From assembly GCA_023150935.1 (NCBI GenBank), contig JAKLJW010000008.1, positions 1,721-65,720 of the forward strand: DNA of 64,000 bases. Reading direction: 5' to 3'. Origin of the DNA: Candidatus Binatia bacterium. Lineage in GTDB: Bacteria > Desulfobacterota > Binatia > HRBIN30. This document shows positions 35,809 through 45,296 of the stretch, piece after piece. The position numbers and the translations under genes are program-made. The notes below the pieces were generated by a model. It was not told the DNA's origin, ran no database searches, and saw nothing but the letters and a program-made list of their open reading frames with translations. Each line of letters starts with the position of its first letter. Position 1 is the stretch's first letter.

Positions 35809-37065
35809 ATGCACGTCGAGGAAACGGTGGTGGCGCTGTGCCGCGAGGCGCGGCAGGCGGCGCGGCGGCTGGCTACCGCCGGTACGGAGACGAAGAACCG
35901 CTGCCTGCGCGACGCCGCGGGGCGGTTGCGCCGGGCCGGAGCCCGACTGCTGGAGGCCAATCGAGACGACGTGGCAAGAGGGCGAGAGGCCGGCATGTCG
36001 GCGGCATTCGTCGACCGGCTGACCCTCAACGAGGCGCGGATCGAGGCGATGGCCGCGGGGGTCGAGCAGGTGGCCGCCCTGCCCGATCCGGTCGGTGAAA
36101 CGATCGCGCAATGGAAGCGGCCGAACGGTCTCGAGATCGGTCAGGTGCGCATCCCGCTCGGCGTCGTCGGCGTGATCTACGAATCCCGCCCCAACGTAAC
36201 CGCCGACGCGGCGGCCCTGTGCCTGAAGGCGGGCAACGCCACGATCCTGCGGGGCGGGTCCGAGGCGATCATCACCAACCGGGCCATCGCCGGCGAGCTC
36301 GCGGCCGCGGCCGCCGCCGTGGGCCTCCCGGCCGCGGCCATCCAACTGGTGCCGACGACCGACCGCGAGGCGGTCCAGGTGTTGCTGCGGCAGAGCACCT
36401 ACATCGACGTCATTATTCCGCGCGGCGGCGAAAGCCTGATCCGCGCCATCACCGAGTCGTCGAAGATCCCGGTGGTACAGCACTATGCCGGGGTCTGCCA
36501 TACCTACGTCGACGCGCACGCCGACCTGGCCATGGCGGAACGGATCTGTTTCAACGCCAAGGTGCAGCGGCCCGGGGTCTGCAACGCCATGGAGACCATG
36601 CTGGTCCACGCCGCCGTGGCCGAGCGCTTCCTCCCCGCGATGCTGCGGGCGTTCGCCGACGCCGGAGTAAGGTTGCGCGGTTGCGATCGGACCAGAGCGA
36701 TCGTGCCGGCGGTCGATGCGGCGACCGAAGACGACTGGCGGACCGAGTACCTCGACCTCATCCTGGCGGTGAAGGTAGTCGACTCGCTCGACGAGGCGAT
36801 CGACTTCATTGCCGTTTACGGCACCGGTCACTCGGACGCGATCGTCACCGAGCATTACGGTAACGCGCGGCGGTTCCTCGCCGAGGTCGACTCGGCCGCC
36901 GTCTACGTCAACGCCTCGACGCGTTTCACCGACGGCTACGAATTCGGCTTCGGCGCCGAAGTGGGGATTTCGACCAATCGCCTGCACGCACGCGGTCCGA
37001 TGGGACTGCGTGAGCTGACCACATACAAGTACACGGTGCTCGGCAGCGGCCAGATTCGGCAATGA
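35809..37065 (+). CDS. proA: Glutamate-5-semialdehyde dehydrogenase (gamma-glutamyl phosphate reductase)
   Basis: MHVEETVVALCREARQAARRLATAGTETKNRCL aligns with the ProA N-terminus. ...VIYESRPNVTADAAALCLKAGNATILRGGSEA..., PGVCNAMETMLVH, HSDAIVTE and ASTRFTDGYEFGFGAEVGIST. Confidence 0.92.
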   Translation: MHVEETVVALCREARQAARRLATAGTETKNRCLRDAAGRLRRAGARLLEANRDDVARGREAGMSAAFVDRLTLNEARIEAMAAGVEQVAALPDPVGETIAQWKRPNGLEIGQVRIPLGVVGVIYESRPNVTADAAALCLKAGNATILRGGSEAIITNRAIAGELAAAAAAVGLPAAAIQLVPTTDREAVQVLLRQSTYIDVIIPRGGESLIRAITESSKIPVVQHYAGVCHTYVDAHADLAMAERICFNAKVQRPGVCNAMETMLVHAAVAERFLPAMLRAFADAGVRLRGCDRTRAIVPAVDAATEDDWRTEYLDLILAVKVVDSLDEAIDFIAVYGTGHSDAIVTEHYGNARRFLAEVDSAAVYVNASTRFTDGYEFGFGAEVGISTNRLHARGPMGLRELTTYKYTVLGSGQIRQ

Positions 37066-37075
37066 AGTCCCGGGC

Positions 37076-37783
37076 GTGAACAGCGCGGCGCATCGACGCC
37101 GCCGAGCGCCCCGCCGGCGGGCGGTGAGGATCGGCATACTCGGCGGCACCTTCAATCCCATTCACCTCGCGCACCTGCGCTGTGCGGAGGAGGTGGGTCA
37201 GGCGCAGGCGCTCGACCGGGTTCTGTTCGTGCCGAGCGCGACGCCGCCGCACAAGGGCGCCGACAACCTGGCCCCGGCGGCCGCTCGGCTGGCCATGGTG
37301 CGGCTCGCCATTGCCGGCAACCCGCGCTTCCGCGTCTCCACGCTGGAGATCGACCGTGGCGGCCGTTCGTACTCGGTCGACACGTTACTGGCCTTGCGCG
37401 CGGCCATGCCGGAGGCGCACCTCACCTTCATCTTGGGCATGGACGCCTTCCGCGAGATCGAAACGTGGAAGCGTTACGCCCAACTGTTCGAGCTCTGCGA
37501 CCTGGTGGTAACTTCCCGGCCACCGTTGCCCGACCCGCCGGCACGCCTCATCTTGCCCGTTGCCGTGCGACGGCAGTTCTGGTATCAGCCCGAACAGGGA
37601 ATCTTGGAGCATCACAGGGGTACGAAAGTCATTTTCCAACCGATCACCGCCCTCGACATCTCCGCCTCGGCCATCCGGCAGCGTCTCGCCACCGGGGCGT
37701 CGGTTCGCTACCTCGTCCCCGACTCTGTCCTCCGATACATTCGACGGCACGGGCTGTACGCGCCGGAAGCGGTGTCGCATTGA
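37076..37783 (+). CDS. nadD: Nicotinate-nucleotide adenylyltransferase
   Basis: GTG start. IGILGGTFNPIHLAHL ((T/H)xGH motif), ...PPHK..., and ISASAIRQRL (ISSTxxR-type motif). Conserved proA-nadD-rsfS order. Confidence 0.9.
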   Translation: MNSAAHRRRRAPRRRAVRIGILGGTFNPIHLAHLRCAEEVGQAQALDRVLFVPSATPPHKGADNLAPAAARLAMVRLAIAGNPRFRVSTLEIDRGGRSYSVDTLLALRAAMPEAHLTFILGMDAFREIETWKRYAQLFELCDLVVTSRPPLPDPPARLILPVAVRRQFWYQPEQGILEHHRGTKVIFQPITALDISASAIRQRLATGASVRYLVPDSVLRYIRRHGLYAPEAVSH

Positions 37784-38181
37784 CGTCCAACAGCTCGCTG
37801 GAAAAGGCCCTCCAGTGCGTCCGTTTCGCGCTCGAGAAGAAGGCGTACGACCTGGTGCTGATGGACGTCGAGGCTTTGACTTCGCTCGCCAGCTATTTCC
37901 TGATCTGCACGGGCCGTTCCGACACACAGGTCCAGGCGATCGCCCAGGCGATCGAGGGAAACCTGAGTCTGGTGGGGTTCAAGCCCCTATCGATCGAGGG
38001 ATACACCGCCGGTCAGTGGGTGATCCTCGACTTCGGCGACGTGCTCGTCCACGTCTTCTACGAGCCGGTGCGCGAGTTCTACGATCTCGAGCGGCTGTGG
38101 GCGCGGGCCCCCCGCGTCGCGCTCCCCGAGCCCTACCGCAGTCAGGCCAACGATCTGCGCCTGGCCGGTCACGGGCGCTGA
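37780..38181 (+). CDS. rsfS: Ribosome silencing factor RsfS (iojap family)
   Basis: TTG at 37780 overlaps the nadD stop (TTGA). ...ALEKKAYDLVLMDVEALTSLASYFLICTGRSDTQVQAIA...WVILDFGDVLVHVFYEPVREFYDLERLW is the RsfS pattern. Confidence 0.85.
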   Translation: MTSNSSLEKALQCVRFALEKKAYDLVLMDVEALTSLASYFLICTGRSDTQVQAIAQAIEGNLSLVGFKPLSIEGYTAGQWVILDFGDVLVHVFYEPVREFYDLERLWARAPRVALPEPYRSQANDLRLAGHGR

Positions 38182-38205
38182 ATCTTCGCGCCCGGGTGAC
38201 GAGAT

Positions 38206-39501
38206 ATGCGCCGGCTGTTCGCCATCGTCGTCGGCCTGCTCGTGGTGCTCGGGGTGGTCTACCTGGCCTCGGTCAATCCGACCCACGTGGACTTCCATTA
38301 CGGACCGGTCCACCGTCTCGAACAGGTGCACGTCGTCACGTTGCTGGTAGCGGCGTTCACGGGCGGAGTAATTCTGGTGGTCCTCGTGCTCCTGCTGCAG
38401 GCGGGCTGGAGGACCGTTGCCGGCTGGGGGCCGAGCCGACGCGAGCGACGCAGCGATCGAGTCATGGAATGGACCGCCGCCGGACAAGATCTGGTGTGGC
38501 GCGGCGATGCGCAACGGGGACGCAGCCTGCTGCAGAGAGCCTGGCGATCCCGGCCGGACGACCCGTCCCCGCTGGTGGCCCTGGCGGCCTCGTACCGGGA
38601 GGCCGGCGAGGTCGGGCGGGCGCGGGCCCTGCTCATGGAAAAGGCGCGCGATCACCATACCGACCCCGACGTGCTTCTGGCTCTGGCGGAGGCACAGCAG
38701 GCCGACGGCGACCGCGGTGCGGCCATAGAAACTCTTGAACGGCTGCGGGCCTTGCACCCGCGCGCCGCACGCGGCCTGCGCGCACTGCGGGACGCGTACA
38801 TCGACGCCGGGCGCTGGCAGGACGCCGCCTCCGTACACGAGGCGTGGATCGCGACGTTGAGCGATCCGAGACAGATGGCTCGCGAGCGGGACCATCTGGT
38901 CGTCCTGCGTTACGCCGCGGCGGTGGATCTAAAGGATGCACCGGCACGGGTTGCGGCGTTCGAGGCGCTCGCAGAGGGCCGGGTGGTTAGTGTCCCGGTG
39001 CTGGTCGGTCTCGGCGACGCGCTGCTCGGGGCGGGGCGCAGCGACGAGGCTTCAGTGTTGTGGGAACGAGCGTTGCGGGCAGCGCCGCGGACCGTGTTCG
39101 TCGAGCGGCTGACGGCGATGGCAAACGAGCCTGCGCATCGGGAGCGAATACGCAACCTGCTCCGCAAGTTGCGCGCGGATCACGTACAGCCGGACAGCGT
39201 GCTCTTGCTGCTTGCGCAGTTGAGCCTTCTGGACGGTGAGCCGGAGGAGGCGGCGCGGGCGTTGGAGGGCTTGCAGTCGCCGCCCCGCCACGCCGCGCTG
39301 CTCCACCACCTCTGGGGAGAAGTGCACCGGCGCCGGGGCGCGCTGGAACGGGCGGTGGCTGCCTACGCCCTGGTCAACGATGCGCCGTGGGCGTACCGCT
39401 GCCGCAACTGCAGCCGCCAGAGTCAGGCCTGGGTGGCGTACTGCCCGCAATGCCGGGGCTGGGACTCGTACCGCTCGGTGGCTGAAATCGGCCGTGACTG
39501 A
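38206..39501 (+). CDS. lapB: LapA-like membrane domain fused to LapB (YciM) TPR/rubredoxin-like LPS-assembly regulator
   Basis: N-terminal two-TM segment MRRLFAIVVGLLVVLGVVYLASVNPTHVDFHY...VVTLLVAAFTGGVILVV (LapA/DUF1049-like). TPR-type repeats follow. C-terminus YRCRNCSRQSQAWVAYCPQCRGWDSY matches the LapB CxxC...CxxC metal site. Confidence 0.75.
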   Translation: MRRLFAIVVGLLVVLGVVYLASVNPTHVDFHYGPVHRLEQVHVVTLLVAAFTGGVILVVLVLLLQAGWRTVAGWGPSRRERRSDRVMEWTAAGQDLVWRGDAQRGRSLLQRAWRSRPDDPSPLVALAASYREAGEVGRARALLMEKARDHHTDPDVLLALAEAQQADGDRGAAIETLERLRALHPRAARGLRALRDAYIDAGRWQDAASVHEAWIATLSDPRQMARERDHLVVLRYAAAVDLKDAPARVAAFEALAEGRVVSVPVLVGLGDALLGAGRSDEASVLWERALRAAPRTVFVERLTAMANEPAHRERIRNLLRKLRADHVQPDSVLLLLAQLSLLDGEPEEAARALEGLQSPPRHAALLHHLWGEVHRRRGALERAVAAYALVNDAPWAYRCRNCSRQSQAWVAYCPQCRGWDSYRSVAEIGRD

Positions 39502-39507
39502 GCGCCG

Positions 39508-40125
39508 TCACTCGGCGCGCGGGATGTAGCCGTTGGCCTCGAGGTAAGACAGAATGACAGCGAGGCTTTCTTCCTGCGTCTGGCGGTGGGTTTGCACCGT
39601 GATTTCGGGCCGCTCGGGGGCCTCGTACGGAGCCGAGATGCCGGTGAACTCCGGGATTTCCCCCGCGCGAGCTTTCTTGTAGTGGCCCTTGGGGTCTCTG
39701 CGCTCGCACTCGTCGACACTGCACTCGACGTAGGTTTCGACGAACTCGCCGGGTTCCATGATGGCGCGGACACGGTCGCGATCGCTGCGGTACGGCGAAA
39801 TGAAGGCGGTGACATTGATGACCCCGGCGGTAGTAAACAGCTTGGCAACCTCGCCGATGCGACGGATGTTCTCGTTGCGGTCCTCGGGCGAAAACCCGAG
39901 GTCCTTGTTGAGTCCGTGCCGCACGTTGTCGCCATCGAGCACGAAGGAGTGTACGCCGCGCTCCCAGAGCGCCTTCTCGAGCGCGACGGCCAGCGTCGAC
40001 TTGCCGGAGGCCGGGAGTCCGGTCATCCACAGGGTACACGACTTGTGTCCGGTGATCGCCTCGCGATCGGCCTTGGTGACCATGCCCGGGTGCCACACGA
40101 CATGCTTCGACTTGAGATTTGCCAT
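39508..40125 (-). CDS. cysC: Adenylyl-sulfate (APS) kinase
   Basis: ATG at 40125. [15 protein letters not shown] (P-loop), [36 protein letters not shown], and [13 protein letters not shown]. Confidence 0.92.
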   Translation of the reverse strand: MANLKSKHVVWHPGMVTKADREAITGHKSCTLWMTGLPASGKSTLAVALEKALWERGVHSFVLDGDNVRHGLNKDLGFSPEDRNENIRRIGEVAKLFTTAGVINVTAFISPYRSDRDRVRAIMEPGEFVETYVECSVDECERRDPKGHYKKARAGEIPEFTGISAPYEAPERPEITVQTHRQTQEESLAVILSYLEANGYIPRAE

Positions 40126-40211
40126 GAAACGCTTGTCCTTTGCCGCGAAAGTGGAGAGGCTTCTAGCCAACGCCCGCCGCCGCCTCAAGGCCGGCAGGAA
40201 GGACGTGCACA

Positions 40212-42044
40212 ATGACTCGAACGAATGACTCGCCGGCCGCGGGCGTCACCTGGGACCTCGGCGATCTTTACGCCGGCCCCGCCGACCCGCGCCTCGCCGC
40301 CGATCTCGACGCGGCCATGGCCGCCGCACAGCAGTTCGCCGGCGACTTCCGGGGCCGCATCGGAACGACACCCGGGCCGGCACCCGCCGTGGTCCTCGAA
40401 GCCGTAACCCGCCTCGAAGCGATCCTGGAGCAGGTCGGCCGGGCGGTCGTCTTTGCCGATCTGTTGCACGCGGCCGACGCCACCGTCGCGGAGCACGGCG
40501 CCCTGGTTGCCCACACCCAGGACCTGGCGTCGGCGATCAGGCGGGAGCTGATCTTCTTCGAGCTCGAGTGGATCGCCCTCGAAGATGACGCGGCCAGGCG
40601 AATAATCGAGGCCCCCGAGTGCGCGCGCTACCGCCATTTCCTGGCGAGCCTGCGCCGCTACCGGCCGCACGTGCTGTCCGAACCGGAGGAGCGGGTCCTC
40701 GAACTCAAGGCCAACACGGGGGCACGGGCGTTCGCCCGGCTTTTCGACGAGCTGGTCGCCGAGCTGTCGTTCGAGGTAACCGTCGACGGCGAGTCGAAGG
40801 CGCTCAACGAGAGCGAGACGCTCGCCCTGCTTTACGACGAGCGCCGGGAGGTGCGGCGAGCGGCAGCGGCGGCCCTGACCGCGGGACTGCAAGACAACCA
40901 GCTCGTCATCGGATTCGTCTTCAACACGCTGGTGCACGACCACGCCGGTGACGATCGCTTGCGGCGTTTTACGACGCCGATGTCCGCCCGTCACCTCGCG
41001 AACGAGATCGACGCCGGGACGGTGGAGGCGTTGATGAACGCCTGCGAAGCGCGGCACGACATTGTCCACCGGTACTACGCCCTCAAGCGCCGCCTGCTCG
41101 GGCTCGACGAGCTTCTGGACTACGATCGCTACGCGCCGGTGGCGGCGGATAACGCGGCGGTACCGTGGCAACGCTGCCGCGAGATCGTGCTCGACGCCTA
41201 CGGCGGCTTCGCGCCGCGTATGCGCGAGCTGGCGACGTGGTTCTTCGAGCGCCGCTGGATAGATGCCGAGGTCAGGAACGGCAAACGCGGCGGCGCCTTC
41301 AGTGCCTCCACCGTAACCAGCGCGCATCCCTACGTGCTGGTCAACTACACCGGCACGCGCCACGACGTGCTCACGGTGGCGCACGAGCTGGGTCACGGCG
41401 TCCACCAGTATCTTTCGCAACCGCGCGGCTACCTGCAGGCCGATACTCCCCTGACGCTCGCCGAGACCGCCAGTGTCTTCGGCGAAATGCTGGTCTTCGA
41501 GCACCTCCTCGGCGGCGAAACGGACCGGGCCGCGCAACTCGGCCTGCTCTGCGGCAAGATCGAGGACGCGATCGCGACCGTCTTCCGGCAGGTCGCGCTG
41601 ACCCGCTTCGAGGAACGGCTGCACGCCGCGCGGCGGGCCGAGGGCGAGCTTGCGCGCAACCGCATCTGTACGCTCTGGCAGGACACCAACGCCGCGCTCT
41701 ACGGCACGTCGGTGCGGCTGACCGAGGATTACCGCTGGTGGTGGGCTTACATCTCGCACTTCGTTCACACGCCCTTCTATTGTTACGCGTACGGGTTCGG
41801 CGAGCTTCTGGTCCTCGCACTGTACGAGTTGTACCGCCGCGAGGGCTCGTCGTTCGTGCCGCGGTATCTCGACTTGCTGGCGGCCGGCGGTTCGGCGCCA
41901 CCGGACGCCCTCCTGCGGCCGTTCGGACTGGACATCCGCGATCCGGGTTTCTGGAACATGGGGCTGGAACCGCTGGCGGCCATGGTGACCCGCGTCGAGG
42001 AACTGATCGACGCCTCGGGAGCCGCATTGGTGACCTCGCCTTGA
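40212..42044 (+). CDS. pepF: Oligoendopeptidase F family (M3B) metallopeptidase
   Basis: 610 aa. HELGHGVH zinc motif followed by ...[11 protein letters not shown]... and the PepF-type C-terminal helical domain pattern. Confidence 0.85.
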   Translation: MTRTNDSPAAGVTWDLGDLYAGPADPRLAADLDAAMAAAQQFAGDFRGRIGTTPGPAPAVVLEAVTRLEAILEQVGRAVVFADLLHAADATVAEHGALVAHTQDLASAIRRELIFFELEWIALEDDAARRIIEAPECARYRHFLASLRRYRPHVLSEPEERVLELKANTGARAFARLFDELVAELSFEVTVDGESKALNESETLALLYDERREVRRAAAAALTAGLQDNQLVIGFVFNTLVHDHAGDDRLRRFTTPMSARHLANEIDAGTVEALMNACEARHDIVHRYYALKRRLLGLDELLDYDRYAPVAADNAAVPWQRCREIVLDAYGGFAPRMRELATWFFERRWIDAEVRNGKRGGAFSASTVTSAHPYVLVNYTGTRHDVLTVAHELGHGVHQYLSQPRGYLQADTPLTLAETASVFGEMLVFEHLLGGETDRAAQLGLLCGKIEDAIATVFRQVALTRFEERLHAARRAEGELARNRICTLWQDTNAALYGTSVRLTEDYRWWWAYISHFVHTPFYCYAYGFGELLVLALYELYRREGSSFVPRYLDLLAAGGSAPPDALLRPFGLDIRDPGFWNMGLEPLAAMVTRVEELIDASGAALVTSP

Positions 42045-42094
42045 CCCCGTTGGGGCACGGTGTTAGCGGAGCGACCGCGCCGAGAATCACGCGC

Positions 42095-42766
42095 ATGCGT
42101 CTTCCCCAACCTTTTACTTCCGTGCTGCCCGTTCTGGTCGCTTCGACCATGGCCGGGTGCAGCCTTGTCGGTTGGAGGCATCCCGAGGCCCTACCGACGG
42201 TAACCCTCCGGGCGTCGACTGTGACGGCTCTGAGCGAGGGCGAGATCGCGGCCACCATCGTGCTGACGGTGCGCAACCCCGATTCGAACCCTGTACGGGT
42301 CGGGCGCGTTCGTTACCGGCTCACCTTCCCCGGAGGCGCCGAGGCCGGGGGCGCGGTAATCGTGAACGCGACCGTACCCGGCGGCGACGGCCATCTCGAT
42401 ATCGAGCTTCCGGTGCGTATAGCGAAGCGCCGTCTCCTGCCGGGGGCGGCGCCGATGCTGCTTTTGGGCGAGTTGCCGTACGACCTCGACGTCGGCGTGA
42501 GCATCGGAGCGCCGCTATTCGGCCACACCATCGACGTGCAGACATCCAGCGCGCTGCGGCTCGATCTGCCTCTGGAGCTGGTGCGACCCGGTCCCGGGCG
42601 GGACCCGGCCGGGGCCACGGCAAAGTCGTTCACCGAGGGGCGAACGGTTTTCAGGCATTACGGAACCCGGAATCCGTTCGGGCCGAGTAGCCGCCTTCTT
42701 CTGGCGGCGTATCGAGGCTCCGTCCCCGACTATGCCGTGGCCCTGGGGACTCGGCCCCCGGTTTGA
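42095..42766 (+). CDS. LEA_2 / WHy-domain lipoprotein
   Basis: ATG at 42095. Lipobox LVASTMAGC. VTLRASTVTALSEGEIAATIVLTVRNPDSNPVRVGRVRYRLTF...LDIELPVRI is the LEA14-like beta-sandwich pattern. The reality of the C-terminal tail is uncertain. Confidence 0.6.
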   Translation: MRLPQPFTSVLPVLVASTMAGCSLVGWRHPEALPTVTLRASTVTALSEGEIAATIVLTVRNPDSNPVRVGRVRYRLTFPGGAEAGGAVIVNATVPGGDGHLDIELPVRIAKRRLLPGAAPMLLLGELPYDLDVGVSIGAPLFGHTIDVQTSSALRLDLPLELVRPGPGRDPAGATAKSFTEGRTVFRHYGTRNPFGPSSRLLLAAYRGSVPDYAVALGTRPPV

Positions 42767-42872
42767 ATTCGCCTCCGGCGGCTGGCAAACGAGGTAGAGG
42801 TTGCCGGTGCCGCGGCACCGGATGCCGGCCGCTGCCGATACGATCATCCCCGCAAAGGAGACACCGAACACC

Positions 42873-44522
42873 ATGGCCTTTACGCTTGCCGACATCAACG
42901 AAGCACTGGCCGGAGCCTTTCCGGAACGCGAATGTCTCGTCTTCGGTAAGCGCCGCGACTCGTGGCGGGAACTGAACTTGCGCACGCGGCGGCTCGCCAA
43001 CTTCCTCGTCAGTCAGGGGCTCGGCTGCCATCGCGAACGCGACCAATTGCAGAACTACGAGTCCGGCCAGGACCACCTCGGCATCTACCTGTACAACGGC
43101 AACGAGTATCTCGAATCCATGATCGGCGCGTTCAAGGCTCGCGTCGCCCCCTTCAACGTCAACTACCGCTACGTCGCCGACGAACTGATCTATTTGCTCA
43201 ACGACGCCGACTGCCGAGCGCTGGTCTACCACGCACGGTTCGCGCCGGTTCTGGAACAAATCCGGGCCGAGTTGCCGCATCTCCGATCGCTCATCCAGGT
43301 GGAAGACGAGTCGGGCAATCCTCTCCTCCCGGGCGCGGTCGATTACGAGGCCGCCCTGCGGCAGTCATCGGACGCGCGGCCGGCCCTGCTATGGTCCCCC
43401 GACGATCTCTACATCCTGTACACCGGCGGGACGACGGGCATGCCCAAGGGCGTGCTGTGGCGGCAGGAGGACATCTTCTTCGGCGCACTCGGCGGGCATC
43501 CACCGGGGGCTCCAAAGCACGAAACGATGGACACCGTGCTGGCCGCCGCGGGCAGCGGTTCGCTGCGCGCGCTCCCGGCCCCCCCGTTCATGCACGGCGC
43601 CTCGCACTGGATGGCCTTCAATTGCCTGCATCAGGGCGGGACCGTGATCATCCAGGACAAGCCGGGCCACCTTGACGCCCACGACATATGGGCGACCATC
43701 GAACGCGAGAAGGTGACGTTTCTGACCATCGTCGGGGACGCCTTCGGTCGCCCTCTCATCGATCAACTGGCCAAGCACGACTACGACCTGTCGTCGCTGG
43801 CGGTAATCCTGTCCGGCGGCGCGATTCTCACCCCCGCCCTCAAACAGGCGTTCCTCGAACGCATCCCGCAGATAATGATCATCGACGGCTTCGGCGCCTC
43901 CGAGACCGGCGGACACGGCACCCAGATCACCATGGCCGGAATGAAGCCGACTACCGGGTCGTTCCAGATGAACGAACAAACCACCGTACTCACGCACGAC
44001 CTGAGCGGGCGCCTGACCTCGGGCAGCGAAGAGTCGGGGTGGCTCGCGCGAAGCGGCCACGTCCCCCTCGGATATTTCAAGGACGCCGAGAAGACCGCCA
44101 GGACGTTCCCGGTGATCGGCGCCACGCGATACGCCGTTCCCGGCGACCACGCCACCATCGCCGCCGACGGCACCATCGTCGTGCTGGGGCGCGGTTCGGT
44201 GAGCATCAATTCCGGCGGCGAGAAGATCTATCCCGAGGAGGTCGAAAAGGCCCTCAAGCATCACCCGTCGGTGTACGACGCCGTGGTCGTCGGCACCCCT
44301 AACGAGCGCTTCGGCCAACAGGTAACCGCCGTCGTTCAGGCCCGTGCCGGGGAAGAACCTACCGAGCAAGAGTTGGTGGACTTCTGCGGCCGACACCTGG
44401 CGCGCTACAAGCTGCCGCGGGCGGTGGTCTTCGTCGACGAAATGGTGCGGAGTCCGTCGGGGAAAGCCGACTACCGCTGGGCGAAGGCGACGGCCCTGAA
44501 GCACCTCGGCATCGAAACCTGA
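42873..44522 (+). CDS. Acyl-CoA synthetase / AMP-dependent ligase (FadD-like)
   Basis: ATG at 42873 with an upstream AAGGAG. ILYTGGTTGMPKGVLW (AMP-binding core), DGFGASETG, ATIAADGTIVVLGRGSVSINSGGEKIYPEEVE and PSGKADY. Confidence 0.88.
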   Translation: MAFTLADINEALAGAFPERECLVFGKRRDSWRELNLRTRRLANFLVSQGLGCHRERDQLQNYESGQDHLGIYLYNGNEYLESMIGAFKARVAPFNVNYRYVADELIYLLNDADCRALVYHARFAPVLEQIRAELPHLRSLIQVEDESGNPLLPGAVDYEAALRQSSDARPALLWSPDDLYILYTGGTTGMPKGVLWRQEDIFFGALGGHPPGAPKHETMDTVLAAAGSGSLRALPAPPFMHGASHWMAFNCLHQGGTVIIQDKPGHLDAHDIWATIEREKVTFLTIVGDAFGRPLIDQLAKHDYDLSSLAVILSGGAILTPALKQAFLERIPQIMIIDGFGASETGGHGTQITMAGMKPTTGSFQMNEQTTVLTHDLSGRLTSGSEESGWLARSGHVPLGYFKDAEKTARTFPVIGATRYAVPGDHATIAADGTIVVLGRGSVSINSGGEKIYPEEVEKALKHHPSVYDAVVVGTPNERFGQQVTAVVQARAGEEPTEQELVDFCGRHLARYKLPRAVVFVDEMVRSPSGKADYRWAKATALKHLGIET

Positions 44523-44529
44523 CGGCCGG

Positions 44530-44550
44530 GCCCCCCGGCGGGGGGTTTGT
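44530..44550 (+). terminator. Intrinsic-terminator-like hairpin after the acyl-CoA synthetase gene
   Basis: cccccc-ggc-gggggg (44531-44545) is followed by tttgtgctt. It begins 8 bp after the stop codon. Confidence 0.5.
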
Positions 44551-44667
44551 GCTTGCCGAGAAAAAGCTTTCCAACCGGCTTGAGTTGGCCCACGCGGTGT
44601 GCTGTAACCGCCGCGCAGCAGCGGCACGACAGTGAGGGGCACAGCGATCTCAGGAGGTACGTGATCG

Positions 44668-45054
44668 ATGTCGAGGCTCGTTGAAGAAAAGGAAACGGCG
44701 TGGCCCGGACTCACCGCCCTGCGCACACTCACTCCGGTCTGTGGTGGCGAAACGCGCGTCGGGCAACCCACGGGGGTCAAGGCCCTGATGTTGGCCGTCC
44801 TGGAAGACGGCATCCGCAGCGTCTTGAGCCACGTGCCGCAAATTCGTGCCGAAGCCGAATACTGGGTGATGAGCAAACAGCGCCGTTCCCCGTTCTCCTT
44901 TGCGATCGTCTGCGAATCGCTTGGCCTCGACCCGAGCGCCGCGCGGCGGGCGATCCTCGATATGCGCGCCGAAGCCCGAGCGGGTAGTCAACCCGTTCGT
45001 CGCAGTCGCCCGAACGTCCACCGCCGCGGCCGCCTCAGCCCTTCGAAGAACTAG
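44668..45054 (+). CDS. Hypothetical protein (128 aa)
   Basis: ATG is preceded by AGGAGG at about 10-nt spacing. Non-repetitive, protein-like composition (..ALMLAVLEDGIRSVLSH...EAEYWVMSKQRRSPFSFAIVCESLGLDPSAARRAIL..). No family recognised. Confidence 0.45.
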   Translation: MSRLVEEKETAWPGLTALRTLTPVCGGETRVGQPTGVKALMLAVLEDGIRSVLSHVPQIRAEAEYWVMSKQRRSPFSFAIVCESLGLDPSAARRAILDMRAEARAGSQPVRRSRPNVHRRGRLSPSKN

Positions 45055-45296
45055 CGCGGCCTCGGAGAATCCGCTGCGCCCGGTGCGGGCACCGCGGCGA
45101 GATTCGGCCGGCTTCGGACGCGAGGCAGATCGCCGCCGAGATCGGTTCTAACCCCGTTCGGGCTCACAAGGCCTGCCGACTCGAACCCCGATCGGTTCCC
45201 CGGCGAAGCGCCCGCGCCACCGTTTATCGAAAGTCGCCTCCGCGCAGCCGGCGGACAACCTCGCCGTCCCGCGCAACGATCTCCGCCCACCGCGGT

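Noticed and set aside
35710-37161. 483-aa minus-strand ORF
   Set aside because: It is antisense to proA, whose frame carries unambiguous family motifs.
40185-41768. 527-aa minus-strand ORF
   Set aside because: It is antisense to pepF (HELGHGVH frame), a shadow ORF.
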